Assembly: GCA_037200925.1 (NCBI GenBank)
Contig: JBBCGO010000001.1
Coordinates: 73,552-137,551, forward strand
Direction: 5' to 3'
Source: Candidatus Doudnabacteria bacterium
GTDB taxonomy: Bacteria; Patescibacteriota; Doudnabacteria; UBA920; O2-02-FULL-48-8
DNA: 64,000 nucleotides
Under the pieces are notes generated by a model. It did no database searches, had not been told where the DNA came from, and saw nothing but the letters and a program-made list of their open reading frames with translations. Both the position numbers and the translations under genes were made by a program. Positions 45,383-54,047 of this stretch are shown one piece after another. Every line of letters begins with the position of its first letter. Within the stretch, counting starts at the first letter, position 1.

Positions 45383-46138
45383 ATGGAATTAAACAATCTT
45401 TTGGAAGAATTCGGTTTATCCGACAAAGAGACAAACGTTTATCTCGCGCTTCTGGAATTAGGACCGGCCCCGGCCAGGGTGGTTGCCCGCAAATCCGGCG
45501 TAAACAGGGGGACTGCCTATGATATCCTTAAAAAATTAGTGGATTTGGGCTTGGTCAGTTTTTATAGGAAGGGCAAACAGCACTTTGCAGCCGAACCGCC
45601 GGAACGCCTGGTGGAAGCCGTGGAGGACAAACAAACCCGGCTGCAAAGGCTGAAGGTCAGCATTTCCGAAAAACTGCCTGAGCTCAAGACCATGTTCGTG
45701 GCCCAAGGGGGCCGCCCGACGATCCGGGTCTACGAGGGGTTCAAAGGGGTTAAAAAAATACTGGAGGATGTGCTCAATACGTTAGGCGAGGCAGCGGAAA
45801 AGGAATATGTTGTGTATTCCGCAGCCACGGCTAAAGACCGTAAGAGCATTTACCAGGAGTTCCCGGCGTTCAACCAAAGAAGGGTAGAAAAGGGCATCCG
45901 TGTCCGCACTATCTCTCTTGGTGAGGGCGGCTTCCTTTCGGGCCTGGATGAACGCAAGTGGCTGAGTGGAGGTCGCAATCGCACAACAGCCACTCACGAG
46001 TTGATCTACGGAGGCAAGATCGCGCACATTGGCCTAGACTCTTCCGAGATAGCTTTCGGTGTGATTGTCGAAAATCGCGACATTTATTTCACACAGAAGC
46101 AGATCTTCGAAAGTTTGTGGGGCAAGCTTAAGAGCTAA
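45383..46138 (+). CDS. TrmB-family transcriptional regulator
   Basis: 'LSDKETNVYLALLELGPAPARVVARKSGVNRGTAYDILKKLVDLGLV' is the TrmB N-terminal wHTH. Confidence 0.7.
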   Translation: MELNNLLEEFGLSDKETNVYLALLELGPAPARVVARKSGVNRGTAYDILKKLVDLGLVSFYRKGKQHFAAEPPERLVEAVEDKQTRLQRLKVSISEKLPELKTMFVAQGGRPTIRVYEGFKGVKKILEDVLNTLGEAAEKEYVVYSAATAKDRKSIYQEFPAFNQRRVEKGIRVRTISLGEGGFLSGLDERKWLSGGRNRTTATHELIYGGKIAHIGLDSSEIAFGVIVENRDIYFTQKQIFESLWGKLKS

Positions 46139-46156
46139 AAATTTCGCGGAGGAACA

Positions 46157-46435
46157 ATGAGGCAGCAAAACGACCAGAAAGCGCTGGTTAAGAAGGCTGT
46201 GGTAGCGAGTCACTTGGAGTTTTTTTCCTTGAGCGATTCACCGTCGGCGCCGTTGACCCAAGACGCAGTCAATCTGCATTTTGAGACGTGCTCAAACTGC
46301 TTTGCGCAGTTTCAGCATCTCGAAGCCCTCGGATTCAGCCCGCAGACCAGATACGAGCGCAGGATCATGGCGCGCGTTTCTATCCTAGAACATCGCCCGA
46401 ACGTCGGTTTGCATGAGCTTCTGGAGTCTACATAA
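46157..46435 (+). CDS. Hypothetical protein; GC-rich cassette
   Basis: About 52% GC. GGAGGA sits 5 nt before the ATG. Followed by 'ctgccttctttttttgcc'. Confidence 0.35.
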   Translation: MRQQNDQKALVKKAVVASHLEFFSLSDSPSAPLTQDAVNLHFETCSNCFAQFQHLEALGFSPQTRYERRIMARVSILEHRPNVGLHELLEST

Positions 46436-46517
46436 GATCCAGGCAGAGCGCACATCTTTAAAAAAGGTACGCTGCTCTGCCTTCTTTTTTTGCCTATTTT
46501 TTGATATACTTTCATGC

Positions 46518-47579
46518 ATGAATGACAAGAAAAAAACAGTTGTAGTGGGAATGAGCGGGGGAGTGGATTCTTCTGTTACAGCAGCTTTGCTGAAAGAGCA
46601 AGGCTTTGATGTGATCGGCGTGTTTATGAAAAATTGGTCGGAAGATTTTGGCGATCACGGCTGCACCTGGGCCGAGGATTCGGAAGATGCCAGAAAAGTG
46701 GCGCAAATTCTGAACATTCCGTTTTATATCTGGAATTTTGAGAAAGAATATTATGACAAAGTTGTAGAGTATTTTTTCCGCGAGTATGCGGCTGGGCGCA
46801 CGCCGAACCCGGACGTGATGTGCAACACTGAGATTAAATTCAAGGTTTTTCTGGAAAAAGCGCTGAGTTTGGGAGCAGATCATGTCGCAACAGGACACTA
46901 TGCCCGTATTGAAAGGGGAAAGCTTTTGAAGGGGATTGACCTTTCAAAAGATCAAAGCTATTTTCTCTATACCTTGAAACGATCACAGCTTGAAAAGATC
47001 ATGTTCCCGATAGGGCACTTGAAAAAGTCAGAAGTGCGCCTGCTGGCAAAAAAGTTTAACTTGCCGAATGCCGAGAAAAAAGATTCGCAAGGCATTTGTT
47101 TTATTGGGAAGATCAACGTCACGGAATTTTTGAAAGCTCACGTGAAAGCTGAGGTTGGCGAGATCGTAACGGCTACGGGAAAGGTTTTGGGAAGTCATGA
47201 CGGATTGCCCTATTACACCATCGGCCAGCGCGAAGGCATGAAACTCGGCGGTTCGGGACCTTATTATGTAGTGAGCAAAGATTTTAGCGCGAACCGGTTG
47301 GTAGTAACAAATGATAAACAGGATGAACAGCTATGGAAAAAAAGCTTTACAGTTTCAGAATTATCATGGGTGAACACCAGTCCTGATCTTCCATTGCATA
47401 CAGGTGTGACGATCCGGTATCACCACCCGGAATATTCGGCTAAGCTGGAACAGATATCAGGTAACAAATTGAAAGTAATTTTTGATCAGCCGCAAAGAGC
47501 CATAACGCCGGGACAGTCAGCCGTAATTTACCAAGGAGAAGAGTTGCTTGGCGGCGGCATCATAGAACAGATTTTTTAA
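46518..47579 (+). CDS. mnmA: MnmA/TrmU tRNA 2-thiouridylase
   Basis: 'VVVGMSGGVDSSV' PP-loop, 'CNTEIKF', 'GADHVATGHYARI'. The ORF track starts at 46413; ATG 'MNDKKK' at 46518. Confidence 0.85.
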   Translation: MNDKKKTVVVGMSGGVDSSVTAALLKEQGFDVIGVFMKNWSEDFGDHGCTWAEDSEDARKVAQILNIPFYIWNFEKEYYDKVVEYFFREYAAGRTPNPDVMCNTEIKFKVFLEKALSLGADHVATGHYARIERGKLLKGIDLSKDQSYFLYTLKRSQLEKIMFPIGHLKKSEVRLLAKKFNLPNAEKKDSQGICFIGKINVTEFLKAHVKAEVGEIVTATGKVLGSHDGLPYYTIGQREGMKLGGSGPYYVVSKDFSANRLVVTNDKQDEQLWKKSFTVSELSWVNTSPDLPLHTGVTIRYHHPEYSAKLEQISGNKLKVIFDQPQRAITPGQSAVIYQGEELLGGGIIEQIF

Positions 47580-47603
47580 AGTTACACAAAATTTTGGCAT
47601 AAA

Positions 47604-47646
47604 AAAAGAAGAGGTTGACAAGTAGTGGGACTTGTCCGCCTCTTCT
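47604..47646. terminator. Bidirectional terminator between mnmA (+) and the minus-strand GC-rich gene
   Basis: 'aaaaaaagaagaggttgacaagtagtgggacttgtccgcctcttct': nested hairpins with an A-tract on the plus side and a T-tract on the minus side. Confidence 0.55.
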
Positions 47647-48076
47647 ACACGATCATTTCTTCCGGTTCATCTTCAGGTTCGAGATTGTCTACTCCATCTT
47701 CGAACGGAAAGCCCATGAACGGCTGAAGATCCGCGATCATGGACACGTGCTCGAGAACCCAGCCGTTGTAGATGACGAAGATATAGACCTCCGGGCAGCT
47801 GGGATCCTCTTGAAGAAAAGAAACTTGGACATGCTTCTGCCAGTTCCGGAAACCGGAACCCGGTTTGCAGAAATCGCGGCTATCCACGCCTTCGCTGAAC
47901 ACGATCAATCGACATTGATCGCCGCTGCGAAGGGTGACGGCCGGATGCAGTCTTCCTGCATCATCCATGACGAGGTCAAGGTAGCGGGACGTGTGGGGCT
48001 TGGGCTCAATGCCAAAGTCGCAGTCGTCAGCAGAGAGTACCGTCTGACACTGACTCAACGTTAACCGTTGCCTCAT
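47645..48076 (-). CDS. Hypothetical acidic protein; GC-rich cassette
   Basis: About 57% GC. GGAGGG sits 5 nt before ATG (MRQRL) at 48076; the ORF track extends to 48082. Confidence 0.4.
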   Translation of the reverse strand: MRQRLTLSQCQTVLSADDCDFGIEPKPHTSRYLDLVMDDAGRLHPAVTLRSGDQCRLIVFSEGVDSRDFCKPGSGFRNWQKHVQVSFLQEDPSCPEVYIFVIYNGWVLEHVSMIADLQPFMGFPFEDGVDNLEPEDEPEEMIV

Positions 48077-48163
48077 TATCACCCTCCTGGGTAATTACGG
48101 GAACGAAAACAATTGCTACAAGTATAGCCTAAATATAAAAATCTTCCAAAACGAGCAAACGGA

Positions 48164-50185
48164 TCAGGCCAAAAAACTGATTATAAGAAGAGCCACGATA
48201 TTGATGATCTTGATCATGGGGTTGATGGCAGGGCCTGCAGTATCTTTGTAAGGATCGCCGACAGTATCACCCGTGACCGCGGCTTGATGCGCCAAAGAGT
48301 TCTTGCCGCCGTAATTGCCTTCTTCAATATATTTTTTTGCATTATCCCAAGCCGCCCCGCCGGAGGTCATGGAGATAGCCACGAACAGGCCGGTAATGAT
48401 CGAGCCGACCAGTACGCCTCCCAATGCTTTGGCGCCCAAGAACGGGATTATGCCGACCAGGATCGGCACCACAACCGGCAATAAAGCAGGCACGATCATT
48501 TCTTTAATAGCAGCCTTGGTCACGATGTCGACAGCTTTGCCGTAATCGGGTTTGGCCGTGCCGGCCATGATGCCGGGAATTTCCTTGAACTGTCTGCGGA
48601 CCTCTTCCACTACGGCGTGTCCCGCTTTACCTACTGCCTGCATGGCCATGGAAGCGAACAGGTACGGCAGCAAGGCCCCGATGATCAATCCGGCCAAAAC
48701 TTTTACGTCAGACAGATCAAACGTCAGATGTTTGCCAAGAGCATTTAACTCTTCCGTGTAAGAAGCGAATAATACGACTGCGGCCAATCCCGCTGATGCG
48801 ATCGCATAACCCTTGGTCACAGCCTTGGTCGTATTGCCCACCGCATCCAAAGCATCAGTTGATTCGCGTACAGATTCCGGCAGGCCCGCCATTTCCGCAA
48901 TGCCGCCCGCATTGTCCGTGATGGGTCCGAAAGCGTCAATCGCTACGATAATGCCGGCCATGGAGAGCATGGAAACCACGGCGATGGCTGTGCCGTAAAT
49001 ACTGGAGCCGGGAAGGCCATCGAGCCCGCCAAAGTGATAAGAAAGCAAGATCCCGCTGATGATTGCAAGCACCGGCAGCGCCGTGGCTTGCATGGATACA
49101 GCCAGGCCCGTGATTATATTCGTGCCGTGCCCTGTTGTTGAGGCTTCGGCAATTGACCGGACGGGCTTGAATTTTTTTGACGTGTAATATTCGGTTATCA
49201 GGACCATGGCCGCGGTAACTCCCAAGCCGACTAGAGTTGAATAAAAAAAGCCTTTGCTGAAAAGCGGAATGAACAGGCTTTTGGTGACCCAGTAAAATCC
49301 GAGCGCCGCCAGAATAGCGGATACTGCCAGGCCCTTATAAAGCGCAGTCATGATGGCTTTGTCCACAAGCCGGACAAAGAATGTGCCGATAATGGAAGCA
49401 AAGATCGATACGGCGCCCAGTGCCAGAGGATAAAGAATGAAAAGAGAGTTGCCTTTAAATATAATGTTGCCCAAAAGCATGGCCGCGATGGTGGTCACGG
49501 CGTAGGTTTCAAACAGGTCCGCGGCCATGCCGGCATCATCCCCGACATTGTCGCCGACATTGTCCGCGATCACCGCAGGATTCCTGGGGTCATCTTCCGG
49601 AATGCCGGCTTCAATTTTTCCGACCAGATCAGCCCCGACATCCGCGCCTTTGGTAAAGATCCCTCCGCCAAGCCGGGCAAACACTGAGATCAGGCTCGCT
49701 CCAAAAGCCAGGCCGACCAGGGATTTGATGTCCCCTGTAAATTTATAAAATAAGGTCACTGCCAAAAGCCCTAAGCCCACAACAAAAAATCCCGTGACCG
49801 CCCCTCCTTTGAAAGCCAGCGAGAAAGCAGGCTCTAGCCCGGACTTGGCCGCTTCGGCTGTGCGGACATTGGCTCTCACGGCCACGAACATTCCGATAAA
49901 CCCGGCGCATGCCGAGGCTATCGCTCCGACTGCGAATCCTTCCGCGGAATGAACACCCAGATATTTCCAGATTATCAGATCCAGGACCACTGCCACCACT
50001 GCCACAGTCGAATATTGGCGGAAGAGAAATGCATTTGCGCCTTCCTGGATGGCGGCTGCGATCTCCTGCATTTTTTTATCGCCCGTAGGTTTTCCCAGGA
50101 CCCAATAAGTGATGATCAGTCCGTAAGCAATTGCAGCCAACCCCGCGACGACCGAAAGCATGAAAATACTTGATTCTGAGAGCAT
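48164..50185 (-). CDS. hppA: Membrane-bound H+/Na+-translocating pyrophosphatase (V-PPase)
   Basis: '[18 protein letters not shown]', '[26 protein letters not shown]'. About 16 TM helices. Confidence 0.9.
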   Translation of the reverse strand: MLSESSIFMLSVVAGLAAIAYGLIITYWVLGKPTGDKKMQEIAAAIQEGANAFLFRQYSTVAVVAVVLDLIIWKYLGVHSAEGFAVGAIASACAGFIGMFVAVRANVRTAEAAKSGLEPAFSLAFKGGAVTGFFVVGLGLLAVTLFYKFTGDIKSLVGLAFGASLISVFARLGGGIFTKGADVGADLVGKIEAGIPEDDPRNPAVIADNVGDNVGDDAGMAADLFETYAVTTIAAMLLGNIIFKGNSLFILYPLALGAVSIFASIIGTFFVRLVDKAIMTALYKGLAVSAILAALGFYWVTKSLFIPLFSKGFFYSTLVGLGVTAAMVLITEYYTSKKFKPVRSIAEASTTGHGTNIITGLAVSMQATALPVLAIISGILLSYHFGGLDGLPGSSIYGTAIAVVSMLSMAGIIVAIDAFGPITDNAGGIAEMAGLPESVRESTDALDAVGNTTKAVTKGYAIASAGLAAVVLFASYTEELNALGKHLTFDLSDVKVLAGLIIGALLPYLFASMAMQAVGKAGHAVVEEVRRQFKEIPGIMAGTAKPDYGKAVDIVTKAAIKEMIVPALLPVVVPILVGIIPFLGAKALGGVLVGSIITGLFVAISMTSGGAAWDNAKKYIEEGNYGGKNSLAHQAAVTGDTVGDPYKDTAGPAINPMIKIINIVALLIISFLA

Positions 50186-50218
50186 AGTAAAAAGATATTA
50201 AGTGTTAAACCTTAGCAA

Positions 50219-50488
50219 TTATAGCATGCCCTGAAACTTTTCGGCCAGAAGTTTCTTAAGCTTTTCCTGCGCTTCCTGGTGGGCTTCCTTGATATTTTTT
50301 TCTATTTCCGGATGATGCAGATCTATTTCCTGGGAGATGTCGACCTTGATAAGTTCATGATTGCCGTTTAAGGTCACGCTGAAAAAGCCGTCTTTTGAAG
50401 AGCCTGTGACTTGTTCAAAAGCCATTTGTTTTTGGATCTCCTGCGCCTGCTTCCGCAGATTATACAGGTCTTTCAGCTGGTCAAACAT
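50219..50488 (-). CDS. ybaB: YbaB/EbfC nucleoid-associated protein
   Basis: 'MFDQLKDLYNLRKQAQEIQKQM...TGSSKDGFFSVTLNGNHELIKVDI'. Confidence 0.8.
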   Translation of the reverse strand: MFDQLKDLYNLRKQAQEIQKQMAFEQVTGSSKDGFFSVTLNGNHELIKVDISQEIDLHHPEIEKNIKEAHQEAQEKLKKLLAEKFQGML

Positions 50489-50568
50489 GCGCTGATTATA
50501 GCACGTTGATTTGCCATCCCAAATCCTCTATAGTGTGGACAAGGAGCGGCAGTCAAGGGAGGAATGTT

Positions 50569-50772
50569 ATGAACGGATTGTTTGCGGAACAAGCCCCTGT
50601 GCAGACGTCGGGTCAATGGAAGCGGATCGCGCTTACAGTCGTGCTGATCGTCATCATCGCAGGGCTGATGCTTTGGCTGGCTCTGGGGAACAGGGCGTCC
50701 AGCCAATCCAGCTCGCCGCAGAAGGCACCATCACCAAGCAGCGCGATCTTCTCACTGCCGTTCAACACCTGA
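50569..50772 (+). CDS. Hypothetical small single-TM protein; GC-rich cassette
   Basis: GGGAGG sits 7 nt before ATG 50569. About 58% GC. Followed by 'gcgctttttcttttt'. Inside ORF 50506..50772. Confidence 0.4.
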   Translation: MNGLFAEQAPVQTSGQWKRIALTVVLIVIIAGLMLWLALGNRASSQSSSPQKAPSPSSAIFSLPFNT

Positions 50773-50858
50773 AATTTCAGCCACGCAAGTGCAAGGTTGC
50801 CTGACCTGTGCGCTTTTTCTTTTTAATTCTATTCACCGGGTTGTGCTAAACTTAGGTT

Positions 50859-51560
50859 ATGGACTATAAAAAAGTCAGCATAATCATCCCGGTTTACAAT
50901 GAGCGCGCGACGGTCCAAATAGTTCTCGATCAGGTTAAAGCCGTTTCAATCGGCAATATGGAAAAAGAGATCATTTTAGTGGACGACCATTCTACTGACG
51001 GTACGACTGAGCTTTTAAAAAATTTGAATGACCCGCAAATAATAGTATTCACGCATGAAATAAATCTCGGAAAAGGCGGGGCACTCCACACGGGTTTTAA
51101 GCAAGCCTCAGGGGATATTGTGGTAATCCAGGATGCCGATCTGGAGTATGATGCCAGCGAAATAGAAAAAGTAATAGCGCCTTTTTTGGAACAGAATGCC
51201 CATGTGGTTTACGGCTCCCGGTATCTTGAAAAGCAAGGGTTAAGTTTTTGGCACAGTTTTTTTAACAGAATATTTACCGGGTTTTCCAACCGGTTGACAG
51301 GCCAGAACCTGACGGATATCATGACTTGCTACAAAGCCTTCAACCGGCAGGCGCTGAGCTCTGTAGTTGACAAACTGGAATCAAAACGATTCGGGTTTGA
51401 GCCTGAGGTCACAGCCAAACTACATCGGGCCGGGTTTACTATCATTGAAGTGCCGGTCTCATATCGGCCGAGATCGCGCGGAGAAGGCAAGCATATGAAT
51501 TTTAAAGGCCAGGTAGAGTCGTTATGGGCCTTGGTCAAGTACTCACTATTAAAGAAATAA
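50859..51560 (+). CDS. GT2 glycosyltransferase, polyprenyl-phosphate glycosyl synthase type (DPM1/GtrB-like)
   Basis: 'VSIIIPVYNERATV', 'LVDDHSTDGT', 'VVIQDADLEYD'. Confidence 0.8.
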   Translation: MDYKKVSIIIPVYNERATVQIVLDQVKAVSIGNMEKEIILVDDHSTDGTTELLKNLNDPQIIVFTHEINLGKGGALHTGFKQASGDIVVIQDADLEYDASEIEKVIAPFLEQNAHVVYGSRYLEKQGLSFWHSFFNRIFTGFSNRLTGQNLTDIMTCYKAFNRQALSSVVDKLESKRFGFEPEVTAKLHRAGFTIIEVPVSYRPRSRGEGKHMNFKGQVESLWALVKYSLLKK

Positions 51561-51616
51561 TATGACTGAAATATTTTCCAGAAAAAAATATTATTATTGC
51601 CGCGGTTATTATACTC

Positions 51617-52225
51617 GTGGTATTAGCTGCAGTGTTTTTCAGATCCCAGATGGTTCCGTCGTCAGTAGTTTTGCAAGTACCGTTTACACCGCAGGCTCCT
51701 ACGGACAATTGGAGCCGGAACGAAGACTGCGAAGAAGCCAGCGTTACCATGGCCAATGCATATCTTAATGGTCAGACTCAAGACCAGATGTCGGCGGACG
51801 ACGCCCAGAATGCCATAAATCAGCTCAAGAATTGGGAAAATATCAATGCAGGCTATAATATGAACACTGGGGCTGATGCCACGACGCATATGGCGCAAGG
51901 TGCCTTTGGGATATTAGTCACGCCTATTCTAAATTACTCAGAGCAGGATTTAAAAAAAGCGCTGGCTGAAAAGCACGTGGTTTTATTGCCGCTGAACGCT
52001 AAAATATTAAATCCGGCAAAGTACAATGACAATGGCCCTTTGTATCATATGATCGTGGTCCGCGGCTATAATGAAAAAGAGTTCATTGTTAATGATCCGG
52101 GAACCAATTCGGGCGACGGTAATACGTATACATTTGATACTTTAAAAAAAGCTTCGGCAGACTGGGATCAGGCAGCCAAGGCTATGGATCCCAACAGAAA
52201 AGTCGCGCTGATATTATCTAAGTAA
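51617..52225 (+). CDS. Peptidase_C39-like (papain-fold) domain protein, probably membrane anchored
   Basis: 'QAPTDNWSRNEDCEEASVTMANAYL' resembles the C39_2 Cys region; 'YHMIVVRGYN' is the His region. Removing one A from the A7 run at 51582..51588 joins ATG 51562 in frame and gives an N-terminal TM 'IIIAAVIILVVLAAVFF'. Confidence 0.5.
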   Translation: MVLAAVFFRSQMVPSSVVLQVPFTPQAPTDNWSRNEDCEEASVTMANAYLNGQTQDQMSADDAQNAINQLKNWENINAGYNMNTGADATTHMAQGAFGILVTPILNYSEQDLKKALAEKHVVLLPLNAKILNPAKYNDNGPLYHMIVVRGYNEKEFIVNDPGTNSGDGNTYTFDTLKKASADWDQAAKAMDPNRKVALILSK

Positions 52226-52228
52226 CAG

Positions 52229-52257
52229 GTTGAAAACTTGGCCTAAAAATGATAAAA
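52229..52257 (+). promoter_or_regulatory. Promoter of tRNA-Gln (TTGAAA-17-TAAAAT)
   Basis: TTGAAA 52229..52234 and TAAAAT 52252..52257, 12 nt before the tRNA 5' end. Confidence 0.5.
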
Positions 52258-52269
52258 TAAAAAAAACTG

Positions 52270-52343
52270 TGGGGAGTAGCCAAGTGGTAAGGCAATGGAC
52301 TCTGAATCCATCATCGAAGGTCCGAATCCTTCCTCCCCAGCCA
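52270..52343 (+). tRNA. tRNA-Gln (anticodon CUG), CCA encoded
   Basis: 'TGGGGAG...CTCCCCA' acceptor stem with U1-A72, as in E. coli tRNA-Gln. D-arm 'GCCAAGTGGTAAGGC', anticodon loop 'CTCTGAA', T-arm 'GAAGGTCCGAATCCTTC', then GCCA. Confidence 0.85.
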
Positions 52344-52411
52344 AAAAAACCAAAGAAAAATGAAAATCATCGCAGGACAATTCGTTCCCAAAGATCTGCC
52401 TAAAAGACGCG

Positions 52412-52810
52412 ATGTTATTTTTCTTGGCGCGAGGTCTTCTAGAGCCAGAGAAAATTATAATACTACTGCTGCGGATTTTGTTCTGCAAAACTGGATCCGG
52501 AAATATTTTAAAAAATCCGGTGTTTGTGACTGACATGATCAAAACCAAAGGCAGAGCCGGCAAACGTTTCAGAGAATGGGAAAAAGATGCAACGTTCAAA
52601 AACATTCTTCTAAAAGAACTTAAAACTATAAACCCGCACATTATTGTCGTCATGAACCGTAAGGCTGAGGAAATATTAAAAAATGACCCGTTATTTTTAA
52701 AGTACAAAAAACGGGTCCGATCAATTTATCCGCCATATTATGTTGCGCGGTGGAATAAATTCAGGGATTGGGATTCTCAATTTAAAAATATTGTAAAAGC
52801 CTTAAAGTGA
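52412..52810 (+). CDS. Hypothetical protein, possibly 5'-extended to ATG 52360 across an A6 run
   Basis: The frame from ATG 52360 ('MKIIAGQFVPKDLPKRRDVIFLGARSS...') stops at 52524. Deleting one A at 52493..52498 fuses it to this ORF ('...YFKNPVFVTDMIKTKGRAGKRF...'). No family recognised. Confidence 0.3.
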   Translation: MLFFLARGLLEPEKIIILLLRILFCKTGSGNILKNPVFVTDMIKTKGRAGKRFREWEKDATFKNILLKELKTINPHIIVVMNRKAEEILKNDPLFLKYKKRVRSIYPPYYVARWNKFRDWDSQFKNIVKALK

Positions 52811-52847
52811 AACTATTTTTTGCTTTAGTCGTATAATTAATAAAACA

Positions 52848-53315
52848 ATGAAAAAATATCTGATTTCGATTGCCGTGGTTCTGATTTTTGGGTTCTATGT
52901 CGCCTACGAGAGAGGCGTTTTTAAAAGAAATGATAACAATATAGCGGTTTATCCTGATCCGGTAAGCCAGGTTCCGCCCGCTCCGGCACCCTCTCCGACA
53001 CCTGCACCAACCCCGACGCCGGTGGCGTCAGGGCAGTATAAGGATGGAGAATATACAGGTAATGTAGCTGACGCGTTTTACGGCCCTTTGCAGGTTAAAG
53101 CTGTAATCAGCGGCGGTAAGATCACTGATGTGCAATTTTTGCAGTATCCGAATGATAGGCCTGAATCAATCCAGGTCAATACTGCTTCTAACCCGATACT
53201 TAAGAAGGAAGCGATCGCAACCCAAAGCGCGAAAGTAGATATTGTGTCCGGAGCCACGCAAAGCAGCGAAGCGTTTCAGCAATCACTGGCTGCAGCGCTG
53301 GGTCAGGCCAAATAG
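52848..53315 (+). CDS. Membrane-anchored FMN-binding domain protein (flavinylation substrate)
   Basis: N-terminal TM, a Pro/Thr/Ala linker, and FMN_bind domain 'GEYTG...LQVKAVISGGKITDVQFL...DIVSGATQSSEAF' with the [S/T]GA[S/T] flavinylation motif. Confidence 0.75.
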   Translation: MKKYLISIAVVLIFGFYVAYERGVFKRNDNNIAVYPDPVSQVPPAPAPSPTPAPTPTPVASGQYKDGEYTGNVADAFYGPLQVKAVISGGKITDVQFLQYPNDRPESIQVNTASNPILKKEAIATQSAKVDIVSGATQSSEAFQQSLAAALGQAK

Positions 53316-53318
53316 CGC

Positions 53319-54047
53319 ATGAAACAAACGAAGATAATAATGGGCATGCCGGTTACGGTTGAAATAATCGATGATAAAGACCCGGAAGTTTTAGGCCGGG
53401 TTTTTGATTATTTTACCGAAGTTGATGAAAGGTTCAGTACCTATAAAAAGGAAAGCGAAATCAGCAGGCTCAACTGCGGCGAAATTGCGCTTGCTGACGC
53501 AAGCGGAGAAATGAAGACCGTATTTGAACTGGCGGAAAAAACAAAAAATGAAACTCGCGGATATTTTGACATTAGAAAACCGGACGGCAATTTCGATCCA
53601 TCCGGACTTGTCAAAGGCTGGGCGATCAATAATGCCGCAAAATTATTAGACCGGGAGGGAGTTAAAGAATTTTATGTTGAAGCCGGCGGCGACATCCAAA
53701 CCGCGGGCAAGATCTGGAAAATCGGGATTAAAAATCCGTTCAATCAAAAAGAAATTATCAAAGTTGTTCATCTGCGCGGCCAAGGGATAGCAACATCGGG
53801 GTCATACGAGCGCGGGAACCATATTTACAACCCTCACCAAAAAGGGCAAAATATTGACGAGATCGTCAGTTTAACTGTCATCGGACCGAATGTGTATGAA
53901 GCCGACCGGTTTGCCACAGCCGCGTTTGCAATGGGCAGGGACGGGATTATCTTCATCGAAAACCTTTCCGGGTTTGAAGCATACATGGTAGATAAAAAAG
54001 GGATCGGTACAGAGACAAGCGGGTTTGGAAAGTATACAAATGCTTAA
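53319..54047 (+). CDS. apbE: ApbE-family FAD:protein FMN transferase, short form
   Basis: 'MGMPVTVEIIDDKD', 'SEISRLN', 'FDPSGLVKGWAINNAAKLL', 'VEAGGDIQTAGK'. Confidence 0.75.
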   Translation: MKQTKIIMGMPVTVEIIDDKDPEVLGRVFDYFTEVDERFSTYKKESEISRLNCGEIALADASGEMKTVFELAEKTKNETRGYFDIRKPDGNFDPSGLVKGWAINNAAKLLDREGVKEFYVEAGGDIQTAGKIWKIGIKNPFNQKEIIKVVHLRGQGIATSGSYERGNHIYNPHQKGQNIDEIVSLTVIGPNVYEADRFATAAFAMGRDGIIFIENLSGFEAYMVDKKGIGTETSGFGKYTNA

